In this document: positions 11,321-25,504 of the stretch, piece after piece
Layout: each line of letters begins with the position of its first letter
How positions within the stretch are numbered: the first letter of the stretch is position 1
NCBI RefSeq assembly: GCF_016433145.1
Contig: NC_058131.1
Span: forward strand, 257,176,432 to 257,240,431
Reading direction: 5' to 3'
Origin: Gracilinanus agilis
Taxonomy: Eukaryota
Length of the DNA: 64,000 bases
Translations under genes and position numbers: made by a program
The notes under the pieces: model-generated
What the model saw: the letters and a program-made list of their open reading frames with translations, nothing else
Databases searched by the model: none
What the model was told of the DNA's origin: nothing

Positions 11321-13816
11321 GAAGGGAGTTAGCGGTATGGGGTTTAGGGAAAGGACTGATGATTTTTCTGGGGTCACTCAAAAAGGAAAGACATTTCAAG
11401 TGATAACAATAGGATGCCTGAGAGGGACTCATCATTTTTTCCTTAAATCAAACCACTGGAGTCACTTTGTTTAGGACAAGGAGCAGCCCTTCATGGCGAG
11501 TGCCAGGAGCCACAGGATGAGGAGAGGAATAGTTACCCCCTATGTCATTAGCAGCGTCAGTCTCATAGTAGCATCAGACCATTTATAGGTGTCTGAGGCA
11601 CAACATGCTTCGGCAGCTTTGTTTCTCCCGCCAGAGCTCCCGGTAGCAATAATGATCCTCTTTTGTTTAATATGAGAGCTGCTTTCTCATATTGCTTCTG
11701 GGCTGTGAGTATAATTTCTGCTCGGATGCCTTCTGATCCCAAAGCTCATAAAACCATTTTGAGGAAATAACTACATGATTATTGGCATGTTTTGTGACTA
11801 CTCATTTATTTATTCTTAGCACAAGGTCTGGTAGAAATTAGAGGTAAAAGAGGTTTTTGACACATGAGGCTTATATCTCAGTTTGTCATCAGCAAGAAAT
11901 ATTTCATTGTCAATAAGAAATACTCTTATCTTTTTCCACCCAGAAATCTAACCTTTGGGAGTTAGCACTTCAAAGCTGACATTTTTCTTTTGTGTACTTG
12001 TATTGGTTGTCATTTCAAGGATTAGGACCAGAAAGTGGGGTTGAAAAGGATATAGGAGCCTGAATATTTCTGATATGAACTTGTGAAAAAACAAAGTTCC
12101 AGTTCAGGTTTTGTGTTGGAGAGTTCAGTGGGCTGCAAGTTTCTTGCCTTGGTGATGGAATGGAAAAATTCATAATGGTAGAAATCAAAGGATCTTTCTT
12201 TTGGGGGTGGCAATTGTAATCTGTGTCTTATTACCTGAGAAATGTTCCTTCTAAGACAGGAACATCTGAGTATAGCATTCACTCTCTAGTTGAGAGAGTG
12301 TGTTACACATTTTGGGGAGGATGTATTGCTGAATTATGCAAATACACAAAGATGGCAACAACTTGGAAATCTAAAAATAACATGCTGGAAAAAATATGGT
12401 TGAATTTCACTCAAGGCTAATCAAAGGCATATTGTTTGCATATGATCAGCACTGCAGGTTTATCTCTGGATTATAATTTCAATCATCACATTGGTCCGAA
12501 TCCTTATCCAAAGAAAGTATGCCCAAAAGTACAAAGAGAATGATTATGCAAATATGTCGTTTTTCATTTCACAAACCTTCTCTGGCAAGTTAAAGAAAAC
12601 CTTTATGTATATTTCTTTATCCTGATTTGTCCACCCTCAGTTATGTATATTGGAGCATATGAAGGATATAAAAGCTTATATGGCAATTTCACGTTCATGT
12701 CTGTTTATGTGAACTGAGCCACATATAATTTCTATTTTAACCTGATGGCTTTAAAGACTGACTGAATGATAGTTGATGTAATGAATCCCTACTACTTGTG
12801 ATTTATTAAATTGTCCATACTCATTATCGCAAAATCGTGTAATGGCTTTGTCAGACATGTTATTGTTCACATCATGAATCCTTAGAGGATATGTTGAAAA
12901 AATAAAATAATCTATGAAACCACTGATTTCCCACTAGCCCCCCAATAGTCACCTGCACTGTGTGCAGTTATAAATAGCTTACTCTAGTGGTATAGGGATA
13001 GGAGCAGGACGTGAGACATGTGCAGAAGAGTTTTATTTCCTGCCTAGGGACTCCTGGTGCTATTATTCACCAGTGTCTATTTCAGTTACCAGCACAGAGG
13101 GTATCTGTGAGAGTCTCTGGTTCTGATCCATGGGTTGCCATTTCTGGCTTCTTTTCCTTACTAGATCTTGATAGACTTTGACATGCTGCAGCTGGGTCCA
13201 ATTTATTTACAGGGGTGACCTCATTTCATCTTTAATCTGTGTGTTGTTCAGCAGAAATAGTCTTGGGCGATGGTAATTACTTCATTATTATTCAGGGAAA
13301 CAGAGTATTATCAATTAATAAAAAACACATACAAAAGAAGCTTAGCTGCTTCCTTTCATTTTGTTTCTACTGATCACATTAGCTAATTATCATGGATAAA
13401 ATCTAGAGAGCAAGCTTAGAAGTACTGTTAGATTCCATATGGAATTAGTAGCAGTGTTATCTCTTCAGTATTCAGAGAGGCATGAGAACACAAAGACTTA
13501 CTTTGCTCCAAAGACAAGTGGGGAAAATGGTGTTACCCACTTCAAAATCAATGACAGAACAAATGATTTTTGAACGTTCCTTAGAAACAATTCACTTTAA
13601 CTCAACATCCTTTTATTAAGTGCTTCGTGTGTGCCGGGCTCTGTGCTAGACTCTTAGGGAACACAAAGAAAAAGATAAACAGGTTTTGCTCTCAAGAAAC
13701 TCGTATTTTACTGAGGGGAACAAGAATACATATATTAAACTGAAATATAATCAGAATAATTTCTGAAGGAGGATATTAGCAACTGGGAGGATAAGGATAG
13801 ACTTCTTATAGCTTTA

Positions 13817-14032
13817 TTTTTTTAATTGTTTAATTTTTTAAAACCCTTACCTTCCGTCTTGGAGTCAATAGTGTGTACAGGCTCTAAGGCAGAAGAGTGG
13901 TTAGGGTATGCAATGGGGGTCAAGTGACTTGCCCAGGGTCACACAGCTGGGAAGTGTCTGAGGCCAGATTTGAACCTAGGACCTCCCATCTCTAGGCCTG
14001 GTTCTTAATCCACTGAGCTACCCAGCTGCCCC
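13817..14032 (-). mobile_element. Young opossum-type tRNA-derived SINE (SINE1_Mdo-like), full length
   Basis: Reverse-complement head ggggcagctgggtagctcagtggatt, T-rich tail, 15-bp TSD cttcttatagcttta / cttgttatagcttta. Confidence 0.9.
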
Positions 14033-14399
14033 CTTGTTATAGCTTTAAAGGAAACTGAGAGTTCTATATGGCAAAGGTGAGTAGGGACAAGATGCCAGGC
14101 AGAAGAGGGGGAGGGGAACAGCCTGTGCAAAGGTACTAAAATGGGGAGTGGTATGTTCTGTTTGTGGAGGAACAAACAAGTCAGGTCAGCTGAAATGCAG
14201 TGTGTGTAAAAGAAAGTGATGTCTAATGAACCTGGGAATGTAGGTTTCATTCAGATTTTCAAGAGTTCTAAAAAGCCAAACAGAATAATTTGTCCTAGAG
14301 GCAAGAGGGAGTCCTCGAGCTTCTTGACTGGGAGAGTGATGTAGTCAAACCTTTTCTTTAGGACTATCAGTTTGGCAGCTTAGTGGAGGATGAATTTGA

Positions 14400-15065
14400 G
14401 CCACTAAAGTGATTTTCCTGAAGCACAGATCTGGATGTTTCCCTCTATATAGCAAACTAGTTGTTCCCTTTTGCAGCCAGAATCAAATACAAAATGCTAC
14501 AGTTGCCTTTCAAAGCCCTTTGTAATGTAGCTCCTTCCTTACCTTTCCACATTTCTTCTTTTACCTTACATAATCTTTGATTCAGAGACACTAAACTCCA
14601 GGATGTTTCACTCCATCTCCTGACTGGCCATTTTTTTCCTGACTATTATGATTCCTGGAATACTCTTCCTCCTCAGCCTACTGACCTCTCTAGTTTCCCT
14701 TAAGTTCCAACTAAAATTCCTTCTTTTCCTCTCCCAAGCCCTTTTAAATCTAGTGCTTTCTCTCTCTTAATTATTTCTTACCTGTCCTGTATATAGTTTG
14801 CTTTGTGTATATTGGTTGGCATATTCTCATACCCACTAGATTGTAAGCTCCTTGAGAGAAGGGATATTTTAAAAAATTTTTTTAAACCCTTAACTTTCTG
14901 TGTATTGATTTTATAGGTGGAAGATTGGCAAGGGTAGGCAATGGGGGTCAAGTGACTTGCCCAGGGTCACACAGCTGGGAGAGAAGGGATATTTTTTGCC
15001 TCTTTTTGTATCCCCAGATTTTAGGATAGTGCCTGGTACACAGAAGATACAATAAATATTAATTG
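14400..15065 (+). mobile_element. L2 LINE 3' end, interrupted by a SINE at 14871-14978
   Basis: L2-type 3' motifs (caaagccctt...; ctagattgtaagctccttgag...; gtgcctggtacacagaag...aataaat). Confidence 0.75.
14871..14978 (-). mobile_element. 5'-truncated SINE1_Mdo-like SINE
   Basis: Perfect 17-bp TSD gagagaagggatatttt (14854-14870 and 14979-14995). Confidence 0.9.
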
Positions 15066-18000
15066 ATAGGGTTTTCTGTAGATCTATTGCAAGCTTCAGG
15101 ATGCAAAATAAACATGGAAGTTCCTTTACATACAAATGAAATGATGTGAACTCACTGAATAAAGGACAACATACTCATTTTATTTTTTTTTTAAATCTGA
15201 TTTTTCATCTTAAAATTAATAATAGTTCTAAGGCAGAAGAGCAATAAAGGCTAGGCAATAGGGGATAAGTGACTTTGCCCAGGGACACACAACTAAGAAG
15301 TATTTGAGGTCAGATTTGTAGTTGTTTCAAAATGGAGGCATCCAAGATAGTATTCTTTAATGTGGTCTAACCAATGCAAAGAATAGCAGGGTTATTTTGT
15401 CTCTCATTCAAGACTCTACATATTTATTAATAGTGACCTAAATTTAAGGGTATTTTAAAATTTATTTACTAATTTATTTATTCACTAATTTGTTGTTTAT
15501 TTACTCATTAATCAATCAATCAATCAATTCATTCATTCATTAATCTATCTATTTGTTGTGACCACATCATATATCATTAGTACCAATGATATCACATCTC
15601 TCTCTCTCTCTCTAAATATACATATATATATATTTATATATACACACACCCTCACATATACATGTGTATTTTTATATTTATGTAATATACACACATATGT
15701 ATGAAGCATCCATTTATCTGTCATCTACCTATAAACTTTAAAAGCTTAAAATGATGCTAGAAATTCTGGAACACCATGTGTGTTAGATTCATAATTCATA
15801 TTGAACTTATAGTTAACTAAAATCATAGATCTTGGTTATGAAATGAATCGTGGTCCAGTTATTCCTCACCCATCTGTTAGCTTTGTAACCAAGGGTGGGA
15901 TTCTAATACATTTATTAAATGCCATCCTATTAGCTTTTTGCCTATCTGATTAGAGCAGGAAATTCACTGGAATAGTCATTATCACTTCTTCCTTCCTAAG
16001 CTAATGTCTGTTGTGAATAAAGGTGACATTAAACAGTACTTCTGTGATCCGAAAAGAACAAATCCTATTTCCTGAAACTATTAGTACCTTTATATTTATG
16101 TGATCAAAAAGGCCTCAGGGAAAATGAAAGCTAGACACATTCAAGGCCTCAGGATAACTTCATATAGAGGAAAGAATGTTGAGGTCAGGAGATATCTGGG
16201 TACAAGATACTTGCTAATCATGTGATGATGAGCAATGTCACCGACCCCCTCGAATCTTAGTTTCTTCTTTAGTAGGGTCAGTATAGACAGTTTGGTGGCA
16301 GAGTGGATAGACTACAGGGTCTGGAGTTCAAATTTAACCCTCAGTTTCCTCATCTGTAAAATGAGCTGGAGAAGGAAATGACAAAATGCACTAGTATCTT
16401 TGCAAAGAAAACCCTAAATGTGGTCACAAAGAATAACTGAAACAAATGAACAACAAGAAGATGAGTACACTATTAACTGTTTCACAAGATTGTTATGTAA
16501 AAATACACACTTTACATATCCATTCTTTTGAATTGCTAGCTCTGTAGTGTCTGGGGATCCTAAGATAGAAACATTGTAGTATGGTGAAAAGAGAATCATA
16601 GTAGCAACCTGAGTTCAAGCCCTAGGTTTGCCTCATATATTATTTTATCATAGTTAATCATTGAATGTTGATTTATTTTAAAAGGAGAATAGATTATGAA
16701 AACCTAAAATGGAAAAATTAAATAAAAATATAAGCATCCCTCATTTTATATATGCCATAATAAAAGAAAAGCTGAAACATAGGCAAGGCAATGGAGGTGT
16801 TTGCTTGGGAGTCTAATTATCATTGGCATTTTTAAGAATTGAAATTGTAGTTATTTAGGGTTGATTCCATTTTTTCCAATATAAATACAAAAGATGATAT
16901 GGGATAAAGGTTTGTAATGCTTAAAATGTTTATATAAATGCAAACTATAAGATAGGAGCTATTTATTTAAATAAATGTTTGGAAAAACATGTTCTGAGTG
17001 AGAGTATTATACTGGACACTTGCAGGTGACATCTCTGTTACTGGAGATAGGAAAAAAAACTGGTTGAGAATAAGTATGAAACAACATATTGTAGGCTATA
17101 ATACAGTTCAAAGAAGGATAGGCAGGATGATTGCATAGCTTCTCAGAAAGCTAATTTCTATTATTTGATGATATTTGGATCTTAGATCTTGAAAAAAACG
17201 AGTATAAATTCTTTCAAGACAGATATTTGCATTTTGTGTAGGCAGAAGTGGCTAGATTTACTTTGCAGTCTCTCTCTCCTTTTATATATATATATATATA
17301 TTATATAAATATCTATATATAACTATACCATCTTAATGGTATTTTAAAATTTAGGTCTTAAAAGTCAACTCCTCTTCAGCATGTATACTCACAGCTTTGC
17401 AGAAAGAGTTTTCCTGAGCATTAGCAAATGGTGAGGTTCATAAGACTTGTATGATGGTCAGCAAGTTATTATTTGAGAATCTTTCAGATGTCTAAATGTG
17501 ACTAAGAATTGATAGTGTCCTGAAGTCTATGCAAGCTTGTCTCCAGTTTAGGCATAATTAAGAAGAGTCAGTTAAGGATCCTGGTTGTTATTGTGGCCAC
17601 CAATGAAGCTTTGTTACAGCTTGAATTGGATACTTAGAAGCACACATGTGTGTGTATGTACATATACATTCACATGTATATATAAAATCTACACATATAT
17701 GATAGATATAAAACTCTTTCCCCTTTATAAGAAAGAATTTAAGAGAGCTTTGTGCCATCAGTGGAATGAATCTTGAACCATTCAAGAATATTTGAAAGGA
17801 AATAGTTTCCTATTCCCTTCATTAAATGGGGAATATCTCTTCCTTCTCTCATTTTTTTAAAAATTTTGTTCTCCTCTTTCGTATCAGTTTTATTCCTCCT
17901 CCATTAAATCCCACTTCCTTTCCAAGTTTCATGCATCTAATGAAACATGCACCTACTATACTATGGAAGAGCCCCTCTTCATCATCAAAGACTTATCTGC

Positions 18001-19327
18001 TTAGGCAATAATAATGCTCTACTTCTTAGAGGGTTACAGACCTTTGACCTGATTTCGTAATCCCATCCTTTAAGGAGATTATGGCATAAAGGACAGGAAT
18101 CTTCTTATTTTAGGTGCTAAGAGAGTTACTTTATTTAGATCAAAGTTTCCCAACCTGGGGCATGCATACATCCAGGGAGGTTGAAAATTCTTTGCAGGGA
18201 ATATTTAATAAATGTATCACATATGTTTGTGCATATACACAGAGAACTCTAGAATGTATTTTGTTTTATGTTTAATAGCATATATTGGAAATGTCTACTC
18301 CATGGTGGATGTTAACAGACTGCAATACATTACAGATAAGAAAATATGTATGAGAAAAGCTGAAGGATATTAATAGAGAAATGTGAGCCTGCCCTCCCCT
18401 GACAATGGACTCATCCAACACATATTGATTAGGGCCTAGGTGCTCCATTGGTATCCATTCAGTTTAAACCGGTTCTAACCGGTTAGAGGACAGGGATGAG
18501 ATTTGAATAGGACAAACAGGTAGGAAATGGTTGGAGTCTTTATAGTTGAAGGAAATGTCAACAATGATATCACTGATTCCTTTGGAATACTGAATGTTGT
18601 TGCTCTTCTGGCCTTCCATTGGATTGACAGCTCCCCTCAATTCACTGGACATTTGTTTAACTGCAGTTTATATCACTTCAGGGGATATAAAAATAGACTA
18701 TTAATGAAAGTTCAGATGAGAAGTAGAGAAGGCTTGAATTAGAGGCTTAATCATAGAAGTGGAAAAAGGAAGTGCAAGTGATTTTGTGGAAGAATACATG
18801 GGACTTGTTAATTGTTTAAATTGGAGAAAGGATGGAATAAAACAAAATTAACTCTCAGGTTTCAAACCTGAGGGATTGGAAGGATGGGAAGAGAGGCATG
18901 GCACACCATTGAGCAAGATAGGGAAATAGGAGCCTAGATTTGGGCATATTGAGGGTATCAGTGGAATTTTCAGGTGTAAAGGTCCAGAAACTATATAGAA
19001 ACATAGGACTAAAGCTCAGAGACTGTTAGGGAATAGAGTATACATTACATTGGAAAGTCCTTCAAATGGAAGTAATAACTGAAAACATGGATTTGGATGA
19101 AATTGCCAAAGAAAATGTATAAGATGGAAGAGTCCTAATTTTTTTTTGGTATCTCCATAGAGATACCAAATAGATAGAGATTTAGAATAATGTTCAGCAT
19201 ACAGAAGGTGTTAACTGAATACATATTTAATTTTTTTATTTGTATGTAAGATTGATGTTTAAAAATATGATTCAAAACACTGTCTCAGCCACTATTGATA
19301 CGTGAGCGAAGAAGAGAACTCACTTAC

Positions 19328-19345
19328 CCCTTCCTTGTTTTCTAT
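19328..19345 (-). CDS. RASAL2: Candidate 18-nt microexon (phase 1 gives D-R-K-Q-G-R; phase 0 gives IENKEG), tentatively of RASAL2
   Basis: Minus strand ttttctctcccgacacccag|ATAGAAAACAAGGAAGGG|gtaagtg: pyrimidine tract plus CAG, consensus donor, length divisible by 3, non-repetitive flanks that retain CpGs. The exon call is stronger than the gene name. Confidence 0.55.
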
Positions 19346-20908
19346 CTGGGTGTCGGGAGAGAAAATCCACAATGTGTAAAAATTAAGTTTCTGAACTACC
19401 TACTGAATTATTCAGAAGTGGTGTCCAGTTTTATCTGTTAAGCAGGATGAACTCATTTATTGAATATGAAATATAACAACCTTCTGAAAGCATAACTGTT
19501 CATTAGGGGGGTAAGAGTTTCATAAAAGCTAGAATGAATCTAGTGAGTGAATAGTTTGTCATTCTGGGCAGTTCAACATAGCATTATTACCACTGGGTTA
19601 GACCTATAATAATGGAGGAGTAAGCAAAAGAGGTCCTAGCAGGTTTTATGTAGTTCACTCCCTAGGAAGTCCACATGAAATTAGTCCCTTCAGAGTTAGA
19701 ATTGCCTCCTGCCAATTGCCAAGCAATTATTTTTCAATTCCACTTAATAACAATTCAAGTGCCTATTTTTCCTAATATGAAACAAAGGTCAAGAAGGTCT
19801 TCTCAGGTCTCCACTCTAAACTCCAGACTACACCTCTTTCCCCAACTGAAAGCCTTGTTTCCTTTCTAGTATCCCTTGAGATTACTTTATCTGAATCTCT
19901 TTAGTTACTATCATATTCCATCTTGTGTTATACATTTTTAGGTCCCTTGTTTCATATTCTCCTCTTTTTAGATTATAAACTTCTCAAAATTAGCAGGTGT
20001 GAATTTTAATCCTGCTAGTCCATGCACCAAGAGCAATGACTTGCCAATAGTAAGCACATAATGAATTAATTTAAAAAATAAGATGGACTCTATCCTCATG
20101 AGGTTTATAAGCTAATAAGTGAATGTTAAAAAGCAGTATGTTCAAGTAAACAATACAGTATATTGGCAAGAATGCTGGATTTAGATTTTAGATTTAGAGT
20201 TTGAGGAATGGATTTGAATCATCATTTCATCTCTGATGATTGCTATGCATAATATTAGACAAGTTGCTTAAATTTGCTGACCCTCAGTTTCCTCAACTAT
20301 AAAATGGGAATGCTTAACATGCCGTGTAAAATTGTGCATTTTCCAGAATGGCTGAGGTTCTGTAGAGTCTAGAAGTTGGGAGTTTGGTGTATGTGGAGCC
20401 TGATTTGTTCTTACCAGATGAATCTGAGATGCAGTTTTGTTCTGCATTTCTGAACGAGCTCCAAGGCATGTTTCTCTTTTAATTTTTGAATGAGAGGTTT
20501 ATGAGATGAAGGGACTGCTAGTCTAAGTGTGGAGAAACAATAGTATTTGTCTTTGGGGAGGCCTCAGTTCAAATTAATCATTATATCTACTCAAGTTGTT
20601 TTTATTATTTGATTTTTTGAGGGATATATATATACGTATATATATATAAACATATATTTTTTGCTGATTTTATTGCTTCACAAACCAAACCAAACATCTT
20701 AATTGGGGACTAAATAATCTAACAGACCCAATAGATTTGTGACTGATTCAAAGGAAACTAAGAATAAGTGGAATCTGGATGTGCCCCATGGCAGAAATAT
20801 GATTATAATAAAAATTAATTATTACTTTGGTTTTTATCAAGTTTCTGCTCTTGTGAGTTGAATTTTGGAGAAATTGGTATGAATGTAAAGTGACACTATG
20901 GCATAGCA

Positions 20909-21108
20909 CAGTGGTTCCCAAACTTTTTTGGCCTACCACCCCCTTTCCAGAAAAATATTACTTAGCGCCACTGGAAATTAATTTTAAAAAATTTTAATAG
21001 CAATTACTAGGAAAGAAAAATATACCTGTGGCCATCACCGCCACCCCCCCTCCCGGGATCACTGCAGCACCCACCAGGAGGTGGTGGTGCCCACTTTGGG
21101 AATCACTG
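20909..21108 (+). mobile_element. hAT MITE, family A copy 2
   Basis: CAGTGGTTCCCAAACT...TTTGGGAATCACTG with perfect 8-bp TSD gcatagca. Confidence 0.93.
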
Positions 21109-24100
21109 GCATAGCAGATAAAATTCTGGATTTAGAGACTAGAAGGCCTAGGTTCAAATATGGTCTTTACCACTTGATACTTCTGTGGCCATGAGCAAGT
21201 TATTTGAACTTATTCTGCCTCAATTTCCACATCTCTAAAATAAGGATAATAATAGCAATATTATATTTATATGTACATATGAAGATAATATGCTTGATGT
21301 GTTTTAAAAAAACTATAATATTCTCTATGAGAGTAAATTATTCTAGGGAATGAACTAAATTATTTTTCATTCTTCCTTTTATTTGATAAATGTTTATTAA
21401 GTTCCTACTATGAACTGCCCTATGATCCTCAAGTTGGATTGCTATGATAGAAGGAAGGAGGAGTATGTCCCATGACTTCAACAAAATAATTACAACATGG
21501 CATATGGGCGAAAGGTGAATATTGAGTACAATTACTTCTACACAAGAAATCACTTAAAAGACATCAAGGCAATATGAAAAGAAAAGAACATGGTTAGATC
21601 ATACAACCTATGGAATTCATTCCTTCTTCACAAATGAACAGAAAAGAAGTTGAATTAGTCATGTTAGGTATACTGGATGGATAGCTCTAGACCTACACAT
21701 ATGTCCACAAAATAGCTTGAGAACCAGAAGATCTCCAGAAGGTCAACCAATTACTTTATGAAGGAATCATCAAAAGACATGCACAAAACAACAGAGCGTA
21801 AGGTCTGGAAGGGCTGGCTATGTTCTAAACCAGCAGAGGGAGTGCCTACATTGGGTGGTTCAAAAAGGAGTTGTTTGAACTCTGTTAAAGGTATTATTTC
21901 CCTCAATTAAAGTGTGAATTTTTTTTAAATTAGGGATTAGCTTTCCTTTTTATTTGTATCCCTAACATGTAGTACAATTATTGATACACAACAAGCCCTT
22001 AATAAAATGCTTTTTTCATTCATTGAGTCATTGATTTTAAGTTTTGAGTTCACCCTTCCAATTCAATTCTGAAGCATCCTTTTCAATTCTAGCCACTTTT
22101 AGATCCATTAGTGGGATTCTAAGACTGTGTTGAAAGAAAATAGAATAATATGGTATCAGTGAATCTGTCTTTGTTTCCTCTTCCCTGCTCCCAAAAGGCA
22201 CTGGTCTTGGAGGTTGAACCCCATTCCAACACTGGTTATGTTACAAACCCAAGTTATCCAGTCCCAACTAAACACTGATGAAAGCACTAGGAATATACAA
22301 ATACAATAGTCTTTACTATTACATTCTATTGAGGAAAATAGCATATGCCCAGAACAACAAATGTCAAATAACTGTTGTGGGGAGGACCCTTCCAAACGAG
22401 AGTGTCAGGATTGGATTCACATAGCAGATGGTGCTTGAATTAAGCTCTGGAAGAACTCAGGTATTCCAAGAGATGGAGATGGGGATGAGAGGAGAACACA
22501 TTCCAGGCATGAGAGATGGCCTGGGCAAAGACATTGCATTTGGAGAAATGTGGGGAGGCCAATTTGCCTGAAATGGAGTGTCCATTCTAATGTGCAGAAA
22601 TATACAGATACTCCTTTCCCAGAAGAGGCTCTTTTCCTCCAAAACAAATTATTTGGGGAATAAGCCAAAAACATTATATTTGTAGTTACAGGTCAGCTTA
22701 GTAATATGTGCCTGTGTCCTTCCCTCCCCCACCCTTCTAAAAAAGGACATTTCATAACAAATTCTGCTGCCAAAATGAAATGCTTAAAGTGGATCTATAA
22801 ATGAATTCCTAGTTCTTTGACCAGAGTGGTGAATTAAACACAGACATCATTTCATTCTGGGTGAGAGTGGGACAGCCTTATTAATTTTTCATGTCTGCAT
22901 CTACTAGGAGCATGATTAAATAGAAAAAGGCACAATGAAAAGAGGACAAATGATTCACTTTGTTTGAAACCATGCAGTATTCTCGTGGGTGACTTTAGAG
23001 ATCTTAAAATCACATGGGTTTTTATTTGAAGCCTGACCAACAATCAGAGGCCAAGGTGCTAATACCAATCTCATCTCTTCTTGTGATTAGCTGTTTGACT
23101 TTCTTTCAGTTGCTTAATTCTACTACATCTTAGTAGAATATTTCCAAGGTCCTTTCTAGCATTATTATTTTGTGTTTATAGAGTAAGATAATGCCCAGAA
23201 CCAGGCTTCCATGCTACTCCTAGGACATCTCACCATGCTGCCTACACCAGCCATTATTTTCATCTTCTCCTTCTTCCTCCCCTAACACAACCTTGGCCTT
23301 GATACCTGTCTCCTCAAGCTCTGATAGATGAATTTTCACTTCATCTGGTGTGGAACCAAGCTTCAGCGCTGTTTCCTAGCTTCCTTCCCTTCCTCCAGTA
23401 GAATGTAAGTTCCTTGATGACAGGGTCTACTTTGCTTGTTTTCACTTGTACCCCCAGTGTAGCCCAGGTCCACCCTTATAATAAGCACTTAATAATGTTT
23501 TTATCAATTAATCTCTTTCTAATAATATACAATATTGTGTTTTATGACAATCTTTGCTGATACTCTATGGCACACTAGACCATAAATTCCTTTAGGACAA
23601 GGACTCTTCTCCAAACTTTGTATGTCTTTGAAAAGCTAGCAGCATGCTCTATACATAGCAATCTAAGAAGCAGTATAAATGTAGGGAACAGAGTCTGGAA
23701 CTGGACATTCAATTCCCTATTCTGTCACATGCTAGTTATGAGACTCTAAACAAATCACTTAATCTCTTACAATCTCAGTTTCCTCCTTTCCAAAGGTGTT
23801 GGACTAGATAATGCTAAAGATTCCTTCCAACTCAGATTCTTATTTCTGAGACTCATAATTGGCAAATGGTATAAGTGCTAAGGATAATTTATTCCTCTTT
23901 TGAGTCTATCCACAGAAGGCTAGGATGATCCTGAGAAGGTTAAGGTTGCATGACAAATTAAAGAGGAAGTCATCACTAATGTCCTTTTATTTTGTTTGTA
24001 TAGGGAAATGATGCAAAGCAGATTTCTCCCTAAATTCCCCTTCAGAAGAAGCACCAAGAAGCTGAGATGCTGATGAGACAAATTTTCAGTACAAATTAAT

Positions 24101-25317
24101 TTCTTAGACAAGGGCAGATCTCATGCACCAATCCAGTCAGAAGTGCCATTGGAGTTATCACCAACACAAACTATTATGTACATTTCCAGAGTAAACCCAA
24201 AATGGAGCAACTAGGTAGCACAGTGGTTAGAGTGACTGGCCTGGATTTGGAAGTACCTGGGTTCAAATCTGGCCTCAGACACCCCCTTCCTGTGTGACAT
24301 TGGGCAAGTCACTTAGCCCCAATTGCTTGACCCTTTACTACTCTTCTGCCTTAAAATCAATACTTAGTTAAGTACTTAGTATAATTCTTAATACGGAAGA
24401 TAGAGGTTTAAAAGAATAGACCAGTATACTCAAAACAGGGGTTTATAAGTAAACTCAATATAACCAAGGATCTCTGGCTCATCAGACATTAGAGAGACCT
24501 AGATTAGGAGGAACCAATCATCCTAAACCTCAGATTCACATACTTTCCCCTGAGCATCTTAGTGTTAAAAAAAAAACGACAAAATATTTTTCTGAAAGGT
24601 ACTATAATGAAAATGAAGGTAAAAAATGATACAAAAAAAGCAGTAGAAAGAATTTCTTCATGTATATACACTGGAACAAGAAGTTTTCTTTAAATTTGCA
24701 AATACCAGAAGTCACTGTAGAAGAATATAAAGTTCTTCCTTAAGTGTACAGGAAAACTGTAGAGCTGGAAATCTGGGCAACTAAGTGGTGAGGCAGATAG
24801 AGTGTTGGGTGGGGAATTGGGAAAACCCATCATGCTGAGTTCAAATCTGGACTCAGACACATTTTAGCTGGGTGATTCTGGGCAAGTTACTTAACCTTGT
24901 TTGCTTCAATTTCCTAATCTGTAAAATGCTCTGGAGAAGGAAATGGCAAACCGCTCAAGACCTTTACAAAAAAAACAAAAAATAAAAAACAAAAACCAAC
25001 AAAAAACCCAAATTGGGTCATAAAGAGTTGAGAACTGGACATGACTGAAAATGACTTAGCAACAAATATTATAGCTAATGTTGTGACTTGTCCAGGGTCA
25101 TACAGCTAGTATATGTCAAAGCAAGGACTAGAAATCAGGTCTTCCTGGCTCTGAGGCTGGCTTGTATCCATTACATAGTTATCTATGATATAATACAGCA
25201 AGCATTTATTAATTATCTTCTTTTGGGGGTCACATGGAATAAGGTGGAGCTAATACAAGATTTTGATAATCCAAAGTTTCTGACCTCCATACACTTAGGG
25301 TATAATATAATCTAGAT

Positions 25318-25504
25318 CAGCGATTCCCAAAGTGGGCGCTACTGCCCCTTGGTAGGTGCTGCAATGATCCAGGGGAGTGGTGATGGCCACAGGTGCATTT
25401 ATCTTTCCTGTTAATTGCTATTAAAATTAAAAAAATTTCCAGGAGGCTAAGTAGTATTTTTTCTGGAAAGGGGGCAGTAGGCCAAAAAAGTTTGGGAACC
25501 ACTG
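25318..25504 (-). mobile_element. hAT MITE, family A copy 3
   Basis: Reverse orientation (cagcgattcccaaag...tttgggaaccactg) with perfect TSD atctagat. Confidence 0.93.
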
